Source: an uncultured Alphaproteobacteria bacterium
Lineage (GTDB): Bacteria; Pseudomonadota; Alphaproteobacteria; Rs-D84
Assembly (NCBI GenBank): GCA_944389465.1
Contig: CALXML010000004.1
Coordinates: forward strand, 14,578 to 78,577
Direction: 5' to 3'
Length of the DNA stretch: 64,000 nt
Both the position numbers and the translations under genes were made by a program. Shown here in pieces: positions 1 to 7,894 of the stretch (the first letter of the stretch is position 1; each line of letters begins with the position of its first letter). The notes under the pieces were generated by a model. That model did not search any database and had not been told where the DNA came from. It was given only the letters and a program-made list of their open reading frames with translations.

Positions 1-822
1 ACTGGGGGTGGATACCATGGCCAATATATCGCCTGTTTTAATATCCAATGCCACACCACATCCGGATTTATGCTGTAATAATGCATCATACATCGCACGT
101 TGTGCAGCATCATTAATTGTTGTACGAATATCAGCCCCAACAACAGCGGGGCGAAATTGTGATTTATCTTCGCCTGTTACACGCCCAACAGCGTTTGTAA
201 TCATAACAGTTTGGCCGGCAATTCCGGATAACTCATCATTAAATCTTTTTTCTAATCCTGTTATACCGGTGGTAAAGAAAGGTGCATTTTCAATTGGTTT
301 TGGTGGGTCACCGACATATCCAAATACCTGTGCGCCGGCCGGCCCCATTTCATATACACGTGCAAAACCACTGCGTACATGCAGACCTGCAATGTTTTTA
401 GCCTGCAGCGCGGCCAAATCAGCCCAATTAGAATTTTCACTGACCAATACAGGTTGAAATCCAGCCTGTTTTTTTATTTTTTGATATATTCTGTTTATTC
501 TTTTTTTATTCAGATTTAATTCTTTGGCGACAATATTAACAACCGCGTCAATATCATCTGTTTCTTCTGGGATAATATAAATTCTGTACGTTTTTGTATC
601 GCGTGATATTGGTGTGCCGGATGCAGACAATATTTTTCCACGTTCAGGCATATTAATTTGAACACGGAATGAATTATTTTCACTTTTACGTGTATATTCC
701 TTGTAATTAAATACCTGCATTTGCAACATACGCAAAATCAGCGCAGATGTCAGCACCGCACCCGCCGTTAAAAACAGCGCACTGCGACGGTCAAAAGTAC
801 GTGCAACTTCTTTATCTATCAT
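1..822 (-). CDS. mrdA: Penicillin-binding protein 2, 5' part (runs off the window start)
   Basis: Manual translation from ATG 822: MIDKEVARTFDRR-TM-...PERGKI...GYVG...GITGLEKRFN...TGDILAMVSTPS; follows mreC-mreD. Confidence 0.92.
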   Translation of the reverse strand, partial: MIDKEVARTFDRRSALFLTAGAVLTSALILRMLQMQVFNYKEYTRKSENNSFRVQINMPERGKILSASGTPISRDTKTYRIYIIPEETDDIDAVVNIVAKELNLNKKRINRIYQKIKKQAGFQPVLVSENSNWADLAALQAKNIAGLHVRSGFARVYEMGPAGAQVFGYVGDPPKPIENAPFFTTGITGLEKRFNDELSGIAGQTVMITNAVGRVTGEDKSQFRPAVVGADIRTTINDAAQRAMYDALLQHKSGCGVALDIKTGDILAMVSTPS

Positions 823-1270
823 CGTACACCCGTTTAATCAGTGCCGTTATTGGTATGTACAGCACACTGACCCATGCAAATAACCATATTGCGTGAATCA
901 TGTTTGTAATATTTAATTTAAATAATGCCAAAATTAAACTGCATACGCCAAAGAAAATCATAAATACATGCAATGCGTTTTTATCAACGCGTGTTAAATC
1001 AAATACAGTTTGAAAACCATTTATTGCATAGAAAATACAGTACATAGCAGTCCAATAAAACAATGTATCAAAACGATAATCAATCAAAAAACAGCATAAG
1101 ATTGCAGCAATTGGAAACCACGGCACTGGCCGCACAAAAGAACAATAAAACACAGGAATTATTGCCAATATTCCTGCTGGATTCCAAAATGCCACGGACA
1201 GACGCCACAAAACAATTACGGCAATAAAAGGAAAAGCGTCGCGTAAAAAATTTATAATTTTATTTTTCAT
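812..1270 (-). CDS. mreD: Rod shape-determining membrane protein, MreD-like
   Basis: 152-aa polytopic membrane protein between mreC and mrdA; call is mainly positional. Confidence 0.7.
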   Translation of the reverse strand: MKNKIINFLRDAFPFIAVIVLWRLSVAFWNPAGILAIIPVFYCSFVRPVPWFPIAAILCCFLIDYRFDTLFYWTAMYCIFYAINGFQTVFDLTRVDKNALHVFMIFFGVCSLILALFKLNITNMIHAIWLFAWVSVLYIPITALIKRVYDDR

Positions 1271-2094
1271 TATTTATATTCATTTTGCGGTGTGTCAAAT
1301 TGTAAAATGATAACACGTGATAAAGTACTGGGTTGCAGAACATCAACATCTGTATCATTTATCATTTCACCAACAATAATGCCGTTTGGTACAACGCCAC
1401 TGATATTACTGGTTACTAATTTCACGCCGGCTGATGGTTGAAATTCAGGGTCACTGAACAGGCCAATTGTTGGCGTATCAGAACCATTACCGCGCAAAAA
1501 ACCATATACTTCGGACCCAGCGATTCTGACCGCTATGTTTGTATTAGAATCAGTCAGTGCCCGCACGCGTGAAAAATAAGGCGCAACATCAGTTATAATA
1601 CCGGCCAATCTGCCGTCTGTGGAAACAACAACCATACCATTTGATAAACCGTGTTTTATACCCTTGTTAATTAAAAAAGTACTGTGATGAAACGCAGTAT
1701 TATCATATGTAACATCGGCAACAATTGCGCCACGTGATTGTGATTGAACAATGTCCAATTCGCGTGCCAATTTTTGATTTTCTGCAATTGCGACATCGCA
1801 TGCGTTTTTATTACGTAATGCATCATCCAATCTGACGCGTAATTCTTCGTTTTCAGTGCGTAAATTTGATAATTCCCGAACATTATCCACCGCCGCACCA
1901 ATTGCACGCACAGGCCACGTTATAACATCGCCCACCCAATTTGCCACCGGCAAAACAATATGCGCCAAACCATTCATAATTGTATAGTCCGGCTTTGCAA
2001 TCATGACATAGATGAACAATATCGGCAATACAGCCGCCGCCGCTGCGGATTTTATAATGGTGCGCAATCTGGAAGATAATTTATTCTGGTTCAT
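1270..2094 (-). CDS. mreC: Rod shape-determining protein MreC
   Basis: N-terminal TM, coiled coil (LRTENEELR), INKG..G, VTS..G..P.GI motifs. Confidence 0.92.
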   Translation of the reverse strand: MNQNKLSSRLRTIIKSAAAAAVLPILFIYVMIAKPDYTIMNGLAHIVLPVANWVGDVITWPVRAIGAAVDNVRELSNLRTENEELRVRLDDALRNKNACDVAIAENQKLARELDIVQSQSRGAIVADVTYDNTAFHHSTFLINKGIKHGLSNGMVVVSTDGRLAGIITDVAPYFSRVRALTDSNTNIAVRIAGSEVYGFLRGNGSDTPTIGLFSDPEFQPSAGVKLVTSNISGVVPNGIIVGEMINDTDVDVLQPSTLSRVIILQFDTPQNEYK

Positions 2095-2233
2095 CGGGCA
2101 TAAGTTTAAACGCTAAAAATCAGATATTCAATAAAAACTTGATTTTTCATTTAATTATGCCAAAATATAGCCCGTATTAGTAACGCCGAAATGGCAATGG
2201 CATTGCCATCAGGTGCAGAAAAAGGGGTAAAAA

Positions 2234-2437
2234 ATGCCAAAATTAAAAACCAAGTCGTACTTAAAAAAGCGCGCATCTATGACAGCGACCGGTAAAATCC
2301 GTGTTGCCAGAAATGCTCATAAAAAACTGTTGCGTCACAAATCCAAGCGTGCAAATAACGCTGGGTCTAAACCACAGTACCTGAATGATAATATGACGGG
2401 ACAGGCGAAAATCTTGGCCCCATATGGACTGAAGTAA
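2234..2437 (+). CDS. rpmI: 50S ribosomal protein L35
   Basis: MPKLKTK...KKR...TATGK; upstream of rplT. Confidence 0.95.
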   Translation: MPKLKTKSYLKKRASMTATGKIRVARNAHKKLLRHKSKRANNAGSKPQYLNDNMTGQAKILAPYGLK

Positions 2438-2453
2438 GTAAAGGGGGCAAATT

Positions 2454-2822
2454 ATGGCAAGAGTTAAACGCGGAACAACCGTAAAACAAAAACATAACAA
2501 GATTTTGGCACGTGCCAAGGGATATTTGGGTCGTCATCATTCAACATATCGTGCCGCACGTGAAAAAACAGAAAAGGCAGGACAGTACGCATATCGTGAC
2601 CGTCGCGTTAAAAAACGTGAATTTCGTGGTTTGTGGATTGTTCGTATCAATGCCGCTGTGCGTAACAATGGTATGACATACAGCCAATTTATGAATGGTC
2701 TGAAAAAGGCCGGTGTCGCACTGGACAGAAAGGTTTTGGCCGAAATGGCATATGCCGGTGACGAAAACTTTGTAAAATTGGTTGAAACAGCAAAACGATT
2801 TATCGCCGCAGACGCTAAATAA
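2454..2822 (+). CDS. rplT: 50S ribosomal protein L20
   Basis: MARVKRG...YAYRDRR.KKREFR.LWI.RINAA...LDRKVLA. Confidence 0.98.
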   Translation: MARVKRGTTVKQKHNKILARAKGYLGRHHSTYRAAREKTEKAGQYAYRDRRVKKREFRGLWIVRINAAVRNNGMTYSQFMNGLKKAGVALDRKVLAEMAYAGDENFVKLVETAKRFIAADAK

Positions 2823-2854
2823 GCCTTGGCGGTGGGTATATTATTTTGTATTAT

Positions 2855-2884
2855 AAGGCCGTCGTATGACGGCTTTTTGTTTTT
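2855..2884 (+). terminator. Intrinsic terminator or attenuator hairpin between rplT and pheS
   Basis: AAGGCCGTC-GTAT-GACGGCTTT followed by T-rich tract. Confidence 0.75.
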
Positions 2885-2900
2885 AACACGGGGTAAAGTT

Positions 2901-3848
2901 ATGCAGGAACAAATTAAAAACATTAATTCATTGGAAGATTTACAATCATTGTACACGGCGACATTTGGAAAAAATGGTACAATGACGGCAAAATTAAAAA
3001 ATATGAAAAATTTGGATAATGATGCACGTATGGCATTAAATCGTGAAAATACCGAATTGCGTGAATTGTTTCGTGTGCGTCAATCTGAATTGGAAAATGC
3101 CGCATTGATGGCCGGATTAGAAAAACAGCGTTTGGATGTGTCATTGAATCCAATGCCTGAAAATCGTGGAACATTGCATCCATTAACGCACGCCTTGGCC
3201 AATGTGTCGGCTATATTGGAATCTTTTGGATATGAAATGTGGACTGGGCCAGAAATAGAAGATGATTGGCATAATTTTACCGCGTTAAATACACCCGAAT
3301 ATCACCCTGCCCGTGATATGCAGGATACGTTTTTCTTGGAAAATGGAAATGTTATGCGTACACAAACGTCCGCCATTCAAATCCGCAGTATGGAAAAAAT
3401 TGGCGCACCAATAAAAATGTTTGGTATTGGCGCAACATATCGCAAGGAAATGGATGCCACGCATTCCCCAATGTTTCATCAGATAGAGGGTCTGTACATA
3501 GATAAAAACATAACAATGTCTGATTTAATTGCTGATGTTCGTGAATTTTTAAAGCGATTCTTTGAAATGGATGATGTGCAATTACGTATTCGTCCATCTT
3601 ATTTCCCATTTACTGAACCCAGCATAGAAATAGATATGATGTGGCAGGGTAATAAATGGCTGGAAATTATGGGGGCTGGTATGGTGCATCCAAATGTGTT
3701 ACACAATTGTAATATAAATCCAGATGAATATCAGGGATTTGCCTTTGGTTTTGGTTGGGACAGATTGGCAATGTTAAAATATGGCCTGAACGATATACGT
3801 AAATTTTACGATGGCGATGTGCGCTGGCTGCAAAAAACAGGTTTTTAA
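2901..3848 (+). CDS. pheS: Phenylalanine-tRNA ligase alpha subunit
   Basis: HPARDMQDTFF, FHQIEGL, YFPFTEPS, GFAFGFG; ATG 2901 after a GGGG RBS is preferred over TTG 2826. Confidence 0.97.
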   Translation: MQEQIKNINSLEDLQSLYTATFGKNGTMTAKLKNMKNLDNDARMALNRENTELRELFRVRQSELENAALMAGLEKQRLDVSLNPMPENRGTLHPLTHALANVSAILESFGYEMWTGPEIEDDWHNFTALNTPEYHPARDMQDTFFLENGNVMRTQTSAIQIRSMEKIGAPIKMFGIGATYRKEMDATHSPMFHQIEGLYIDKNITMSDLIADVREFLKRFFEMDDVQLRIRPSYFPFTEPSIEIDMMWQGNKWLEIMGAGMVHPNVLHNCNINPDEYQGFAFGFGWDRLAMLKYGLNDIRKFYDGDVRWLQKTGF

Positions 3849-3863
3849 TTACGGGGGCGAAAA

Positions 3864-6167
3864 ATGAAATGGACATATGATTGGTTAACAGATTATTTAA
3901 AAACAGATTTATCGGCCCAACAAATTGCCGATACTTTGACACGTACCGGCCTAGAGGTAGAAGATTTATCCGCCCCAATTGCACCAATTGCGGCAAAAAT
4001 CGTTGAATGCAGACCCATGGACGGCAGTGACCATTTGCATATTTTAATGGTTGATGATGGAACTGATACATTGCGTCAGGTTGTATGTGGTGCGCCAAAT
4101 GCACGCGTGGGATTAATATCTGCATTGGCATTGCCAAATTGCGTCATAGCAGGCCATGAAATCCATGCCGGCAAACTGCGCGGTGTGATGTCAAATGGTA
4201 TGATGTGCAGCGGCCGTGAATTGGGAATAAACGATGACCACAGTGGCATTATTGAATTGCCAGCGGATACAAAAATTGGCACGCCCGTATTAAAAACAGA
4301 AACAGTGTTTGATGCTGGAATTACACCAAATCGTCCTGATTATTTGGCGGTGCGTGGAATTGCGCGTGACCTGTCTGCATGTGGTGTGGGCCAATATATT
4401 GCGCCAACAGACGACGAATTAAAACCAGTAAAATCACAACGCAATGTAAATATTAAAACAGATAAATGCCCTGTGTATCAATTCTGTGAAATACATAATA
4501 TAACGGTTGCCCCCAGTGATAATACAATAAAATCACGTCTGGCGGCGATTGGTATTAATCCAAAAAACGCGCCGGTTGATGCAACTAATTATGTTTGCTA
4601 TGACATGGGACAACCAATGCATTGCTTTGACGCAGATGAAATTCATGGCGATATCACTGTACGTATGGCAACGCCAGATGAAAAGTTTACAGACTTGTTT
4701 GGTAATGAACATACGTTATGCGAATCAGATATGGTAATTGCCGATGATATGGGCGTATTGGCATTGGCTGGTGTTATTGGTGGTGCACGTGGTATGACAA
4801 CCGATAATACAAAAAATATTATTTTGGAAAGTGCATATTTTAATCCTGTATCTGTGCGTAAAACGTCCAAACGTTTGGGAATATCAACTGATTCATCATA
4901 CAGATATGAACGTGGTATTGACCCAACAATTACGGGCATTGCATTGGCACGCGCGGCACATATTATAATGAACGCGTGTGGCGGTGAAATAATTGGTACA
5001 GGTATCGGTGGCAAAATTCCAACAGAAAATCGCCACATAGAATACAAACCAGAATTATTCGCGCGTAAAACAGGCGTTGAAATGCCAACTGACAAACAAC
5101 GTGCGATATTAAAAAATCTGGGGTTTGACGTTGTGGAAAAATCAGGTACGTGGTTAATTACGCCACGTCCGGCCCGTGTGGATATTGAATTACCTGAAAA
5201 CATAGTATCAGAATTAATCCGTATTTATGGGTATGACAATATTATAAAAAATGCTGTGCACAGGGCATCTGATTCTGCACCACATCGTGATTATTATATT
5301 GAAACGAAACGTGAATTGGCGTCACGTGGTTTGAACGAGGCTAAATCTTTCGGCTTTGGTAATTCCAAGACTGAAAATTTATTGTCAGATAAACCAATTG
5401 TAAAAATAGCCAATCCAATTGTCGCAAATATGGATACCGCGCGTAATGGTCTGTTGGGCAATATGTTGAATATTGTTGCTGAAAATGAAAAACGTGGATA
5501 TCCAGATTTGTCTTTGTTTGAATTGGGCACTGTATTTGACGGTGACGCGTCAGGTGCACAACACACACAAATTTGCATTGTGCGCACGGGTGAAAACGCG
5601 CCACGTCATTGGACACGCCGTAATCGTAAATATGATATTTATGATGTCAAGGCAGACGTAATCGCATTATTACACGGACAAAAATTCACCATATCATCTG
5701 AAAATCCGCCACGTTGGGCACATCCATTCAGATATGGCGCGGTAATGCAGGGCAAACGCAAAATTGCTGAATTTGGTGAATTACATCCATCTGTGGCACG
5801 TGCATTAAAAATCAAGACAAATGTAAATATTGCGCTTGTGGATGATGTTGAAAATCTGCCGATGGGCCATAAAGTGCATGAACCAACCCTGTCAGAATTT
5901 CAACCAATAACACGTGATTTTGCGTTTATTGTGGACGGTGATATGCCGGCCGAAAAATTAACATCTGTGGCGCGTGCGACGGATTCACGTATATCGGATG
6001 TGATTGTGTTTGACGCGTTTGATATGTCAGATGGTAAAAAATCAATTGCTTTTACAATAACAATCATTCCGACAGAAAATATGACAGATACAGAATTACA
6101 AAAATTACAATCTGCTGTCATAGACAATGTTGAACGTAAATGCAATGCACAAATTCGTGATAAATAG
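3864..6167 (+). CDS. pheT: Phenylalanine-tRNA ligase beta subunit
   Basis: VCGAPN, GMMCS..ELG, TPNRPD, RYERG, RDFAF anticodon-binding domain. Confidence 0.97.
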   Translation: MKWTYDWLTDYLKTDLSAQQIADTLTRTGLEVEDLSAPIAPIAAKIVECRPMDGSDHLHILMVDDGTDTLRQVVCGAPNARVGLISALALPNCVIAGHEIHAGKLRGVMSNGMMCSGRELGINDDHSGIIELPADTKIGTPVLKTETVFDAGITPNRPDYLAVRGIARDLSACGVGQYIAPTDDELKPVKSQRNVNIKTDKCPVYQFCEIHNITVAPSDNTIKSRLAAIGINPKNAPVDATNYVCYDMGQPMHCFDADEIHGDITVRMATPDEKFTDLFGNEHTLCESDMVIADDMGVLALAGVIGGARGMTTDNTKNIILESAYFNPVSVRKTSKRLGISTDSSYRYERGIDPTITGIALARAAHIIMNACGGEIIGTGIGGKIPTENRHIEYKPELFARKTGVEMPTDKQRAILKNLGFDVVEKSGTWLITPRPARVDIELPENIVSELIRIYGYDNIIKNAVHRASDSAPHRDYYIETKRELASRGLNEAKSFGFGNSKTENLLSDKPIVKIANPIVANMDTARNGLLGNMLNIVAENEKRGYPDLSLFELGTVFDGDASGAQHTQICIVRTGENAPRHWTRRNRKYDIYDVKADVIALLHGQKFTISSENPPRWAHPFRYGAVMQGKRKIAEFGELHPSVARALKIKTNVNIALVDDVENLPMGHKVHEPTLSEFQPITRDFAFIVDGDMPAEKLTSVARATDSRISDVIVFDAFDMSDGKKSIAFTITIIPTENMTDTELQKLQSAVIDNVERKCNAQIRDK

Positions 6168-6193
6168 TATGTACAATCCCGCGTAAATATTAT

Positions 6194-6222
6194 TTGCGCG
6201 GGATTTAAAAAATTGGTATAAT
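6194..6222 (+). promoter_or_regulatory. Sigma70-type promoter for the pilin-like gene, overlapping the pheT terminator hairpin
   Basis: TTGCGC-17 bp-TATAAT with extended TG. Confidence 0.65.
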
Positions 6223-6247
6223 TATATCCATAATAAATGCCGAAAAT

Positions 6248-6343
6248 AAACCACCGTTTCTTATGGCGGTTTTTATTTTTGTAAAAATACCAGTTTTCTG
6301 CATTTTTTTGTTCCTTTTGCTTGCCGAAATTAAACGGTGGTTT
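6248..6343. other. Putative invertible DNA segment carrying the RBS and first codons of the pilin gene, in OFF orientation
   Basis: Perfect 12-bp inverted repeats AAACCACCGTTT (6248-6259) and AAACGGTGGTTT (6332-6343); inversion restores an in-frame ATG with an AAGGA RBS. Confidence 0.75.
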
Positions 6344-6686
6344 TCAAACAATAATTTTTGCCGTGTTAATAATTGCCGTATCCACGTCTGCGAACGCAGC
6401 ACCGGTAAACAGGGGCCTGTGCGATATGATTGCAAAATTTCAGGATGTGTTCAAATTACTGCGCACATTGGCGTTTGTTGGGGCGGGCTTTATATTGGCC
6501 AAATACGGTTGGGAAGCCATATCTTCTGGAAAATTGGCTGGTTCAGACAATGTTGTTGATGGATTAAAGAAAATCGGGTTACCAATGATTATTGGATTCG
6601 CATTACTGTTTTCAATCGGAATATTATTGAATTTCTTAAGTAACGGTGAAAATTTCGGATGTGAAAATTTAACAATCGGCTGGTAA
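6321..6686 (+). CDS. TrbC/VirB2-like pilin; its true 5' end is inverted
   Basis: Signal peptide ending ANA, two hydrophobic helices with a charged loop, flanking Cys pair; the current TTG start has no RBS; virD4 is in the same window. Confidence 0.6.
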   Translation: MPKLNGGFQTIIFAVLIIAVSTSANAAPVNRGLCDMIAKFQDVFKLLRTLAFVGAGFILAKYGWEAISSGKLAGSDNVVDGLKKIGLPMIIGFALLFSIGILLNFLSNGENFGCENLTIGW

Positions 6687-6700
6687 TAACGGGGGATGAT

Positions 6701-6784
6701 ATGAAATTTGAAACAAAGAAAAAGGCAGTTTTTATTATAATGGTAATCGCCGTTTTGATATGCGGTTATATGATTGCATTATAA
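6701..6784 (+). CDS. 27-aa single-TM microprotein
   Basis: GGGGGA RBS; MKFETKKKAVFIIMVIAVLICGYMIAL*; lies before the operon terminator. Confidence 0.6.
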   Translation: MKFETKKKAVFIIMVIAVLICGYMIAL

Positions 6785-6788
6785 TTAC

Positions 6789-6816
6789 AAAAAGGCCGGC
6801 ATTTACCGGCCTTTTT
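6789..6816. terminator. Bidirectional terminator (CCGGCATTT family)
   Basis: AAAAAGGCCGGC-ATTT-ACCGGCCTTTTT between convergent genes. Confidence 0.8.
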
Positions 6817-6826
6817 AATATATTTT

Positions 6827-7489
6827 TTATATAATTTTATCCGGTGCGGTGCACCATTTTGCCACCGGACATTCTGCACATTTTGGGCGTAATGCCCGAC
6901 AAATATAACGACCATGTAAAACCATTACATGATTTACAACAGGATGATATTTTTTTGGAACAATTTTTAATAATTGTTCTTCTACCTTTTCGGGGGTATT
7001 GGCATCCGCCCCAACCCAACCATAGCGATGTGCATTGCGGAAAACATGGGTATCCACCCCAATATTTGGTGCGCCCCATAAAACATTCATAATAACATTG
7101 GCTGTTTTTTGCCCAATTCCAGATAATTTCATTAATGCATCACGATTATGATATTTTGCCGGAAATTTATAATTATCATCCGCCCCACCCGCGTCATTCA
7201 TTAATTCAGCGGCCAGTCCCATAATACTTTTAGCCTTGTTATTAAAGAAAGACAAAACACAGATGTGTTTTTTTAAACCTTCTTCGCCCAGTGCCAACAT
7301 TTTTGCAGGTGATGGCGCAATGCGAAATAATGCGGGTGTAACCTCGTTTACTTTTTTATCAGTTGCCTGTGCGGATAAAATCACTGCAACTGCGAAAGTA
7401 AATTCATTTACTGAATACAATTCCGACCGTATATTCATATTTATAACGGTCGGAACGTTTTTAAAATAAATTTCTGGTGTTAACGCCAT
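6827..7489 (-). CDS. nth: Endonuclease III
   Basis: LSAQATD, HhH LSGIGQKTANV, VDTHVFR, C-x6-C-x2-C-x5-C. Confidence 0.95.
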   Translation of the reverse strand: MALTPEIYFKNVPTVINMNIRSELYSVNEFTFAVAVILSAQATDKKVNEVTPALFRIAPSPAKMLALGEEGLKKHICVLSFFNNKAKSIMGLAAELMNDAGGADDNYKFPAKYHNRDALMKLSGIGQKTANVIMNVLWGAPNIGVDTHVFRNAHRYGWVGADANTPEKVEEQLLKIVPKKYHPVVNHVMVLHGRYICRALRPKCAECPVAKWCTAPDKII

Positions 7490-7495
7490 TTTTAT

Positions 7496-7879
7496 TTATT
7501 CAGAAAATGTAAAGTTTACTAATCTGCCCTCGCATAACTGTTGACATTCTGTGTCACAAGTTTTGCGCACTGCATCAGCAGATTCACCGGCCAATTCAAC
7601 AGTATCAACCCAAATATTTTTATGTGTGGCATCAGATGCGAAACATAAACAACGGGCAGTATATTTTTCAGACCTGTTTTGTTCGTCACGAACAACTGTG
7701 CCATTTATTTTTTCATAATTGGATGAAAAACTTTTTTCCACACCAATGCCCGCACATTGTGAAGTAATTTTTACTTTGTTGGCATCGGCATCCAATGTTC
7801 CGATATAAAAACCAGCAATAAATACTAATAATACCCCAATTACACCAAACAGCCAATGCAAAGATTTGTGTATGTGCAT
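7496..7879 (-). CDS. Membrane-anchored Cys-containing hypothetical protein
   Basis: N-terminal TM; CLC...WV...CxxxCxxxC; AAGGAG RBS. Confidence 0.75.
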   Translation of the reverse strand: MHIHKSLHWLFGVIGVLLVFIAGFYIGTLDADANKVKITSQCAGIGVEKSFSSNYEKINGTVVRDEQNRSEKYTARCLCFASDATHKNIWVDTVELAGESADAVRKTCDTECQQLCEGRLVNFTFSE

Positions 7880-7894
7880 GATTTCTTCTCCTTT

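Noticed and set aside
8-457. 149-aa plus-strand ORF and the many similar antisense ORFs in the track
   Set aside because: Shadow frames opposite well-supported genes (here mrdA); no recognisable motifs or RBS
6205-6559. ORFs 6205-6435 (-) and 6263-6559 (+) as real genes
   Set aside because: By-products of the inverted segment; the minus ORF only carries the displaced pilin N-terminus
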